From NCBI GenBank assembly GCA_034408725.1, contig JAWXCN010000105.1, forward strand, positions 1-41,617: DNA of 41,617 nucleotides. Reading direction: 5' to 3'. The translations under genes and the position numbers were made by a program. The notes under the pieces are model-generated. The model made no database searches and had not been told where the DNA came from. It was given only the letters and a program-made list of their open reading frames with translations. This DNA comes from Candidatus Hydrogenedentota bacterium (lineage in GTDB: Bacteria; Hydrogenedentota; Hydrogenedentia; Hydrogenedentales; SLHB01). Position 1 is the first letter of the stretch, and every line of letters begins with the position of its first letter. Shown here one piece after another: positions 29,374-37,425 of the stretch.

Positions 29374-31980
29374 TTAATTTAGATAAAGGAATTCGCTCGC
29401 GTTCAACAGGGCGCGGCACAGCGCAGGCAACCCGTGCTGTGTGATGAGGGCCGTAGCCCCTGCATGTTCCTCGGCAGAGGGACCGCGCTGCAGCGCGAGT
29501 GCATAAGACCTCGTTACGGCGGCACCGTGCGATCCATTCGTTTCCGCAAGGACCCGTTTTGCAAAGCAATCCGCCTGGTCCGACATGAACGGGCTATTCA
29601 ACAGGTTTAAAGCCTGCAATGGCGAGATTGAAGTGTTGCGGCTGGGCATTGCCTGTGACGCGTCGGGGCAATCAAAAATTCCAAAGGTCACGTCCTGTTC
29701 GACGCGAGGCTTCCATTGGTAAACCATGCGCCGCTTTTCAGCGCGGGTAAACTTCGTTTTCGGAATGTAAATATGGACGTAACTGTCGTCCGGCTCGAAC
29801 ACGTCGAAGCCTGGCCCGCCCATTGTCAAATCCAATTCACCCGCGATCTGCAGAATGCTGTCGCGCAGTGGTTCCGCTTCCAGCCTTCGCGGAGGGAACC
29901 TCCATAAAAGACGCGATTCTGAATCAATGCGTTCCGCGGCTTCGTTTGGCGCGCTTGACTGGCGATATGTGCTGGATAAAAGGATGAGACGGTGAACGGA
30001 TTTCAGGCTCCAGGCATTTTCTTTCAAAGCGATTGCGAGCCAATCGAGTAGTTCGGGATGCGAGGGGCGGTTACCCATCGCCCCGAAATCACTCGGCGAG
30101 TTCACGATGCCCGCGCCGAAATGATGCTGCCAAATACGATTGACAATAACGCGCGCGGTAAGAGGGTTTTCGTCGCTGCAAAGCCATTCCGCAAGGCGAA
30201 GTCTGCGCTGTTGCTCCGGTTCACCCGCGCCCATTTGCAGCGCGAGACCGACATGAGACGGCGTAGCGGGCGCAATGTATTGGCGCTCCATCATGGGGTC
30301 CCCGCGTTGAAGCAGGAATGTCGCGTTAGGCTGAGCAAATTCGGGAGCGTAGATTCTCGGTCCAGTTGATCGCGCGGCGAGTTCCGCGCGCAATTGCTTT
30401 TCGCGCTCCTGCAACTGCGCGAGCATCGCGGCATCCGATTCCGACAGTTTCTCTGGTGCAAACAAAGGCGGCAAAGGCGCGCCGGAATCGAATGGCTGGC
30501 GCGTTTGTGACGACGCAACGGTCCGCCAGGCAGAACCGTCGATCGATGTTTCGATCAGATAATCCACAATGATACGGTCGCGGAAATTGCCTTCCCGGTC
30601 GCGCGCCCACGCCACACAACAAATTTTGGTTATCTCCGGTAGCGTGATCATCGCCCACGATTCCTCCCTGGACTGAGGAATCCAACTGTAGTCGTTGCCG
30701 TAGCGGCCATCGTTGAGATGTTCGGTTTTGTGCTTTGTGTTCGCGGGAAATACGCTGGATGCCGTTGCAACCGCGCCTCTTGCCGCCAACGCGACATTCA
30801 CCGGTTCAACGTCTGCCGCAAAGACCTCCAATTCATCGATGCAGGGTTCTATATCGCTGGTCCCATGGATGGTAAAGCGCACAAACTTTGCTTCAACAGT
30901 GGCGAACCGTTCCACGTTCTCCATGGTACTGACGCGACGGCGCAGGCCATCGGGCTGTTCGTCCCGCGCAAGGCGCAAAAGCTTGCCGCGGTGCGCTGCC
31001 AACTCCTGCCGTAATTCGGCCGCCTGGCGCAGGCGTTCATCTCGGTTGGGATCGGGCAAATCCTGGTCGCCATGTTTCACGCCGGCAAAAACGGCCCGGA
31101 GCGCGAAATAATCGTGCTGGGAGATCGGATCAAACTTATGGTCATGGCATTTTGCGCACCCAACGGTCAGTCCGAGGAAAACCGCTGCCGTGCTGGACGT
31201 CACATCGTGCAATTCCTGATCGCGTTGGGATCGCGTGAGCACGACATCGGGACTTTTAACCTCATCCATCGGTCCTGCAACCATGAAGCCCGTCGCCGCG
31301 AACGCGCCGGTTACGTCGCCCGCAAGCTGGTCCGTAATGAACTCCGTGTACGGTTTGTCTTCGTTCAGCGCGCGAATCACATAGTCCCGGTAGTGCCATG
31401 CGTTATAACGCGGTTTATTCATTTCGAATCCGTTCGAATCCGCGTAGCGAACAACATCGAGCCAATGCCGGGCCCAGCGTTCGCCGTAATGAGGAGACGC
31501 AAGCACGCCGTCTACCAGGCGCGCATACGCATCCGGCGATTTGTCCGCAACGAATGACTCGACTGCCTCCGGCGTAGGAGGCAATCCGAGCACATCGAGA
31601 TAAACGCGACGGATCAGCGTGCGCCGGTCCGCGATTGGTGATGGCTTCAATCCGGCGGTCCGAAGTTTGTCGGCAATAAACGCGTCGATGGGATTGGTGA
31701 TCCAGGCCGAATCCGTTGACGCTGGAATGTCATGGCGCTGCACGGGTCGAAACGCCCAAAACCGGTCGTCTTCAACGACGCGGGCGGCCCTGCGCCGGAT
31801 GACATCTGCTGGGTCGGCGGCGGGCGCGACGGCGTCCTTGATCGTGGAAAACGCAGCCGCGTCGCCGCTGAGCGATTCAAGGGCGGACACGAGCGCTTCG
31901 GCGGCGATTCTGCCGTCGTCAGCGAAAGCGGCCGCAGTGAATACACAAAAAAGCAAGCTCGCACGTTTCATGGCATACAT
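29374..31980 (-). CDS. DUF1549/DUF1553 (PSCyt2/PSD1) planctomycete-type cytochrome protein with discoidin insert
   Basis: WAFRP, NPIDAFI, YGERWARHWLDVVRYADSNG, CAKCHDHKFDPI, NPLTARVIVNRIWQHHFG, HPELLDWLA, PLQALNLLN. Confidence 0.92.
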   Translation of the reverse strand: MYAMKRASLLFCVFTAAAFADDGRIAAEALVSALESLSGDAAAFSTIKDAVAPAADPADVIRRRAARVVEDDRFWAFRPVQRHDIPASTDSAWITNPIDAFIADKLRTAGLKPSPIADRRTLIRRVYLDVLGLPPTPEAVESFVADKSPDAYARLVDGVLASPHYGERWARHWLDVVRYADSNGFEMNKPRYNAWHYRDYVIRALNEDKPYTEFITDQLAGDVTGAFAATGFMVAGPMDEVKSPDVVLTRSQRDQELHDVTSSTAAVFLGLTVGCAKCHDHKFDPISQHDYFALRAVFAGVKHGDQDLPDPNRDERLRQAAELRQELAAHRGKLLRLARDEQPDGLRRRVSTMENVERFATVEAKFVRFTIHGTSDIEPCIDELEVFAADVEPVNVALAARGAVATASSVFPANTKHKTEHLNDGRYGNDYSWIPQSREESWAMITLPEITKICCVAWARDREGNFRDRIIVDYLIETSIDGSAWRTVASSQTRQPFDSGAPLPPLFAPEKLSESDAAMLAQLQEREKQLRAELAARSTGPRIYAPEFAQPNATFLLQRGDPMMERQYIAPATPSHVGLALQMGAGEPEQQRRLRLAEWLCSDENPLTARVIVNRIWQHHFGAGIVNSPSDFGAMGNRPSHPELLDWLAIALKENAWSLKSVHRLILLSSTYRQSSAPNEAAERIDSESRLLWRFPPRRLEAEPLRDSILQIAGELDLTMGGPGFDVFEPDDSYVHIYIPKTKFTRAEKRRMVYQWKPRVEQDVTFGIFDCPDASQAMPSRNTSISPLQALNLLNSPFMSDQADCFAKRVLAETNGSHGAAVTRSYALALQRGPSAEEHAGATALITQHGLPALCRALLNASEFLYLN

Positions 31981-32035
31981 TCTACATCACCGGCCAATGT
32001 TCGCGACAATCGGGCGGGTAAGCCATTGGAAAGCT

Positions 32036-33199
32036 TTACGGACGCCATTGCGCCCACATCGCGCCCGAACCCTCGCCCACGCTTGTGATGGCGCGCGCAT
32101 TTTGTACATCGAGTTCAGCAACGTAGAGCTGGCGGCGTCCGTCTCTCGTCGATCCGAACGCAATTCGTTTTCCGTCCGCTGAAGGTTTCACGTGATAGTG
32201 ATGCACCCCCGGCGCGGAAGACGTGAGTTGTTCTGAAGTGCTATCCAACGTCACGCGCATAAGCTCGAATGCCTCGCCAACCTTCGCCGTGTAATACACG
32301 AACTGGCCATCCAGCGACCACACCGGCACATCGCTGCTGCCGCCATGAAAGTCGAATACGTCATACACGGTCATCACCCCGGTATACCCCTGACGGTCCG
32401 CAAGTTTTTGAAGACCCGTTCCATCACGCCGCACCACGTGCGGATGACAATCGTAATGTTCGCCCGAAACGAACAGTATCCAATTTCCATCCGGCGACCA
32501 TTGCGGCACAAAATTGAAAGGATTGCCGGTTTCGATAGCGCGTGCTTCCGACCCATCCGCGTTCGCAATGATAATTTTATAGTCCTGATGATAGGTAACG
32601 AGCTTTCCGTCCGGCGATGCGCTGAACCCATAAGCAAACCCGCCGTCGCCCTGCGACAAATCGCGCTTGTTGCGGCCATCCAGGTCCATTACAAACGGAT
32701 GAGATTCCGCGTTGATCAATGCAGTGAATCCCAGCCGTTGTGGCGTGCCGGGAATGAAGAACAGGCCGCTGTTATAGGCGCTCACCCGCTCAATCTCGGT
32801 GAGGTTTGTCAGCGTGCCCGTGGCGATCTCAAGAAGTAAAATATCGTACAGCCACCCTTCCGTCATGCGGAACGTCTTGTGTTCTTCTTCCCACGCTCCA
32901 TTCTCCGGACTCTCCCAGCCTCTGCCCAGGATCGCGAAACTTCCATCCGGCGACCATCCGGCGAATTGGGTCCAGGTGTTTGGCTTGATTACCAGTTCCG
33001 GCGCGAGTTCCACGCGGCGTGAACCGTCGTCACCCACGACGCAGGCCCTTGACGTGATTTGGTTGTCGTATCGGGTCGTAAGATTTGTGCGATATTCCGT
33101 GTAGCCGATCAGCGTCGCTTGCGTCGATCTCTGCGAAACGTGCGCGCAACCCGCGAGCACGACCGTGGCGGTTGCGATAAATTCCCTGCGCGTTTGCAT
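32036..33199 (-). CDS. TolB-like (PD40 repeat) beta-propeller, Tat-exported lipoprotein
   Basis: MQTRREFI Tat motif plus LAGC lipobox. Repeats WSPDG, ASPDG, WSPDG, WSLDG, PSADG. Confidence 0.85.
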   Translation of the reverse strand: MQTRREFIATATVVLAGCAHVSQRSTQATLIGYTEYRTNLTTRYDNQITSRACVVGDDGSRRVELAPELVIKPNTWTQFAGWSPDGSFAILGRGWESPENGAWEEEHKTFRMTEGWLYDILLLEIATGTLTNLTEIERVSAYNSGLFFIPGTPQRLGFTALINAESHPFVMDLDGRNKRDLSQGDGGFAYGFSASPDGKLVTYHQDYKIIIANADGSEARAIETGNPFNFVPQWSPDGNWILFVSGEHYDCHPHVVRRDGTGLQKLADRQGYTGVMTVYDVFDFHGGSSDVPVWSLDGQFVYYTAKVGEAFELMRVTLDSTSEQLTSSAPGVHHYHVKPSADGKRIAFGSTRDGRRQLYVAELDVQNARAITSVGEGSGAMWAQWRP

Positions 33200-33248
33200 C
33201 TTGCACCTACCTTCGCGCATAAATGCGCGCATTTTCCCGTCTACACAT

Positions 33249-35000
33249 TTATTCGTCCGGGACAGTATGGTTGCCGATTAGCATTAACTCTTTGAAATCG
33301 ATCGGCCCTGCGTACACTGTGTAGTCGTTGAGGCCAGCAAGCGACAGCCGCCCTTCGCGCGTCACATACAGATAGGGTTCGGCGCCCGCGAACCGCTCCC
33401 GCACGCGTTCGGGCGAACGTTCGAGCGCCAACGGCATGCGCGCGTAAAACTCGAACGCGGGATAGGCTTCCGACGTCTGGACGGTGTACCCGGACTCGAC
33501 ATATTCCGCGCTCATTCGCGCGAGTTCACGCGGTGAACGGAGACCTTGATTCATCTCGCCGCGCCCGTTGAGGTAAATGAGCGCGGCGCAAAGCGTCGCG
33601 GTGAAAATGGCTGCGTTCCGGTAAGTCCGGCTACGCCGCGCCACCAGGCACGCCGCAAACCCGATGAGCGTCAAGCCCCAGATGATGGCGAGGAAGGAAT
33701 AAGATTCAAAGCGCAGAGTGCAATACAACGCGACCGCAGGCAATGCGATCGCGAACAGAGCAAGAACGATTACCTGCCAATAGGATGCCCAGGTCTCCAT
33801 CCAACGCGCCTGAATGCCTTGACCTATCTGCGCGATATGATACCCGGTCGCAAGCATCATGAAAGGCGCGCACGGCAGGAGGTATTCGTGTTCCTTTCCG
33901 GCGATGAGTGAAAATATCAGCACGCTGAGCCACGCCATCACCACGCTGAACCGGTACAACTGGTTTTGGCGAGTCCATTCGCGCTTGGAGAAATGGAACG
34001 GCAACAAAAGTCCCCAGGGCGCTAGCGTCACTCCCAACGCAGTGATGTAATACCACGGCCAGCCGCCATTGATCGCGCTCGCCACATGGGTGCGTTCCAC
34101 GACCTGATTCTGCAACATCGCGCTAAGATTCTCCCAGCCCGTGCGTTGCAGCACTGCCAGGCCCCAGGGCAAAAACAGCATGGTCCCGATGAACATTGCG
34201 GCGATCCAGTATCCCCATCGCGCGCGGTGCTCGCCATAGCGGACGGCGAAGAAGGTCCAGCCGATCATGACCACCACCAATGTGACCGGAAAATTTAACA
34301 CAGTCCCGGCATTTGGAAACGCCGCCGCAAGAAGTTTCAGCGCGCATTCGATCACAAAAGCTGCGATGCTGAAACGCAGGCCGGCCGCAACGATGCGGTT
34401 CATTTGGGGACTCTGCGTAATGAATACCGCAATCGCGCCAGCCCAGAGAAACAAAAACGGCACAGGCCCTTTGAGCATGACCGCCGCGCCGAATGCTAGG
34501 CCAGATCCCAGACAGTACCACCGCGCGGCGCCGCACGAATCCGTGCGAGTCGCGTTACGCGCGAAGACAATGCTGAGAAATGTGGCAAGCGCCATCGGTA
34601 TGTCCAGTTCGGCATACCGCATGCGTTCGAATACGTAGGGCGCAGTCAGCAACGCAAGCGCGCCCCACCGCGCGGCTCGCTCGCCCGCTTCCTTTCTGGC
34701 CAGGAAATACGTGCACATCACCAACGCGACACCCGCAAGCGCCGTGGGCGTGCGCGCGGCGAATTCCGATACCCCCGCGACCGCATAGACCCCCGCGATG
34801 GCCCAATAGAGCAACGGCGGTTTTACGAGATAGGGTTCGCCGTTTTTCATTGGTGTAACGAAATCACCGGTGCGAAGCATGGTGATGGGTGGCGAGGCGC
34901 GCTGGCCTTCGTTGTCCGTGACAACATCGCCGCGGCCAAGTCCGAGAAATGCGCCAAATAGCGCCAGGGCCAACAGCACAATCCAAAATCGATTGGTCAT
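33249..35000 (-). CDS. ArnT/GT83-like integral membrane glycosyltransferase
   Basis: DNEG, PYLVKPPLLYW, SEFAARTP, KGPV, PWYYI, KEHEYLLP; many TM helices. Confidence 0.88.
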   Translation of the reverse strand: MTNRFWIVLLALALFGAFLGLGRGDVVTDNEGQRASPPITMLRTGDFVTPMKNGEPYLVKPPLLYWAIAGVYAVAGVSEFAARTPTALAGVALVMCTYFLARKEAGERAARWGALALLTAPYVFERMRYAELDIPMALATFLSIVFARNATRTDSCGAARWYCLGSGLAFGAAVMLKGPVPFLFLWAGAIAVFITQSPQMNRIVAAGLRFSIAAFVIECALKLLAAAFPNAGTVLNFPVTLVVVMIGWTFFAVRYGEHRARWGYWIAAMFIGTMLFLPWGLAVLQRTGWENLSAMLQNQVVERTHVASAINGGWPWYYITALGVTLAPWGLLLPFHFSKREWTRQNQLYRFSVVMAWLSVLIFSLIAGKEHEYLLPCAPFMMLATGYHIAQIGQGIQARWMETWASYWQVIVLALFAIALPAVALYCTLRFESYSFLAIIWGLTLIGFAACLVARRSRTYRNAAIFTATLCAALIYLNGRGEMNQGLRSPRELARMSAEYVESGYTVQTSEAYPAFEFYARMPLALERSPERVRERFAGAEPYLYVTREGRLSLAGLNDYTVYAGPIDFKELMLIGNHTVPDE

Positions 35001-35009
35001 CTCGTGCGC

Positions 35010-35044
35010 AACAACAATGGAACGCCCGGCATGACAGCCGGGCG
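35010..35044 (-). terminator. Possible intrinsic terminator
   Basis: Perfect 8-bp stem CGCCCGGC/GCCGGGCG (35023-35044), followed on the minus strand by TTCCATTGTTGTT. Confidence 0.45.
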
Positions 35045-35085
35045 GAGTACGGGTCTACTCATCGGGGTGCTGGGAAATAGTTGTA

Positions 35086-35799
35086 CTAGTCGGCAATGCG
35101 ACCATTCCGGCGTTTCTTGATCATGTCACCGGAATATGGATTCGTTTCCACCGTCACGCGCCTGACTTGCGGCGACGGCGCCTCATCAAGCACCTTCCAC
35201 GGTCCGGAATATTTGAGTCCCGCGGGCCGCTGCCGGTTGCGCGCGTGCGGATCCGGCTCCCAATTCTGCAACGAAGTTTTCGCCGCGGCTGCCGCGACTT
35301 CCGCGCGCTCTTCGGGCGTCATCGCATACCGGTCAACTTCGGATTGGGCAATCGTGACTGCGCCCGGACCGAACACCGCGCCGACACTACCCAAACCGCC
35401 ATACCAAAACAGGGCCGCTGTAGAAGGTAAATCCGCGAGCGCGGCGCGGCGCCGATCCGCATCAATGTACTCGTTCGCCGTATGTGTTTTTTCCACTGGA
35501 AATGGGTATTGGCCAGCCATGCCCATATACGTGCCCGCGCCAATCTCGACCAGTCCTCTCCGCACGCCGCGGAAAAATTGAACGTTGCCGTATGCACCGG
35601 CCTTGCGATGTCCATCGCGCACCGTCGCGTTCACCTGATACTTGAACGCCTTCAACCCGCGCCAGAATGCTTTGTACGGGCGCGTCGCGGGTTCTTCCGG
35701 ATTGCCATATGGACCCCAATGCGACGGCTCAATCGCCGACGCTCCGAAGCCACATGCCGCCACCAGTCCCGCTGCAAGTAGGAGTCTCATCCGCTTCAT
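35086..35799 (-). CDS. Secreted hypothetical protein (237 aa)
   Basis: RBS GGAGAG, signal peptide MKRMRLLLAAGLVAACGFGASA. No firm family assignment. Confidence 0.7.
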   Translation of the reverse strand: MKRMRLLLAAGLVAACGFGASAIEPSHWGPYGNPEEPATRPYKAFWRGLKAFKYQVNATVRDGHRKAGAYGNVQFFRGVRRGLVEIGAGTYMGMAGQYPFPVEKTHTANEYIDADRRRAALADLPSTAALFWYGGLGSVGAVFGPGAVTIAQSEVDRYAMTPEERAEVAAAAAKTSLQNWEPDPHARNRQRPAGLKYSGPWKVLDEAPSPQVRRVTVETNPYSGDMIKKRRNGRIAD

Positions 35800-35921
35800 G
35801 AAGTCTCTCCGTCCTGATTTGGTCAAATCCGCGTGGGAATAACGCTTTCCCCAACGTGGAAATCAGTTTACAACAAATTGCTCTCCGTTGCCAACTGATT
35901 TTTGACCCTGCGAAACCGGGA

Positions 35922-37424
35922 TTATTCGGCGACCGTCAACGCCAACGTAGTCCTGACATTTGAACCCGGCAATGCCGCGGCCCAGTACCACGCGCTCACG
36001 TCCGGCCAGGAATCCACATCGTCGATCCATTCTTCTAATGTCTCGCCACGCTGGCCGGACTTCAACGCGAAATAACACTCTTTCACGGAACGGCCTCGCC
36101 GGCCATCCGGTTCGGTGTACCAGAAACTGCTCCATAACCGGCCCGAATTGTCCATCTCCGAGCCTCGCGGACTGCATCTGCCGCCCATGGCGAGATAGCA
36201 GTTTTGGGCCGAATGCAGGTCGCGCGTGGGGACATGGCAAATGCGCAACATGACCATAGGCCCCGCATCGCCCAACTGAAATTGCGCGCATTCACCAGGG
36301 ACCCGTCGTACCCAGGCTTGGGCTTCTGGCGGCATAGGCGCCGGATGAAGAGTCTGTCCGTTCCAGGTCGTTGGCCACTCGACCGCGGCGCTGTCGTAGA
36401 CGGGACCGTGTGTGTTGTTCCGAATTAGCGCGGGGCTTCCCGCGGCAAGGGCGCCTGCCAACACGAACGCGATGCAAAGCCCGCGCGGCGCTGGCAATCG
36501 CAAAAAATTGTATCTGGGAACGGTATCGAGCGCTTTCCACCGCGACAGAATTGCAGATGCAAACAACAATAAGAGCGCGCACTCGACGAACACAATAATG
36601 CCGATAAACTCGTGCATAGGATCGTTTGGTTCAACACGGATCAGAAACAGCGTCGCGGCACGATGCGCATTGCCAAATATCGCGAGTGCAATCGCCGCCG
36701 CGACAAGACACGCTGTCCGCCTGAAATTGAACTGATACAGACCCGATACCGCCGCTCCCATGGCGATCGAAGCCGTCAACATCCGGACACCGCTGCATGG
36801 CGCATCGACGTAGAAAGTGGAACGGCCATCGGTCAATGCCGCGCCCACGGCTGAGCCGTTTGGCCCGAGCAGGAAACCGGCAAACTGGCTCGATACGAGC
36901 CGCAATGGAAACCCAATGAAAAAATCGAGCGATGTCGCGACATGGATCGACAAGAGCATCAACACCAAGATGCCCCAAGCCCCGGCGCGAGACGACGTCG
37001 ACAAGGTACCGATCATGATACAGCCCACAATCGCGGCGGCGATTTCGCTTGATACCAATTGGGGCACACGCGCGAACACCATGGCAAACGCGATGAGCAA
37101 TAGCGTCCCGCACAACAACCATCCGCTGGCGGGCGCAACGCGCAAAACCCCGCGCTGGGGCGTGGTCAATAAGTACAACCACATGCCAATGGCTATCAGA
37201 AATATACCGGCGCTCGTCGCCGATCCCCACGGCTGAAACCAGCGGTCCCATACGCCGGGCAGCGAAACCCAAACCGCGCCGGCAGCGCCGGCAACCCAGA
37301 AAATTCCAATCGCGGTCTGGGCCGCCGTCCGGATTAGATGGCGCGGCGTAACCCGTGCGACCGGACCTGGTAGCGGAATGTTCTTCAGCATGTGTTGGCC
37401 CGTGGTTTCCATTCTCGCGTTCAC
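35922..37424 (-). CDS. Exosortase/archaeosortase family protein (VIT-associated XrtN/O/Q-like) with fused C-terminal extracytoplasmic domain
   Basis: Multi-TM. Catalytic Cys in VDAPCSG, Arg in GNAHRA, His in MHEFIG; GFPLRLVS. C-terminal WPTTWNG...PTRDLHSAQNCY domain. Confidence 0.9.
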   Translation of the reverse strand: MNARMETTGQHMLKNIPLPGPVARVTPRHLIRTAAQTAIGIFWVAGAAGAVWVSLPGVWDRWFQPWGSATSAGIFLIAIGMWLYLLTTPQRGVLRVAPASGWLLCGTLLLIAFAMVFARVPQLVSSEIAAAIVGCIMIGTLSTSSRAGAWGILVLMLLSIHVATSLDFFIGFPLRLVSSQFAGFLLGPNGSAVGAALTDGRSTFYVDAPCSGVRMLTASIAMGAAVSGLYQFNFRRTACLVAAAIALAIFGNAHRAATLFLIRVEPNDPMHEFIGIIVFVECALLLLFASAILSRWKALDTVPRYNFLRLPAPRGLCIAFVLAGALAAGSPALIRNNTHGPVYDSAAVEWPTTWNGQTLHPAPMPPEAQAWVRRVPGECAQFQLGDAGPMVMLRICHVPTRDLHSAQNCYLAMGGRCSPRGSEMDNSGRLWSSFWYTEPDGRRGRSVKECYFALKSGQRGETLEEWIDDVDSWPDVSAWYWAAALPGSNVRTTLALTVAE

Positions 37425-37425
37425 T

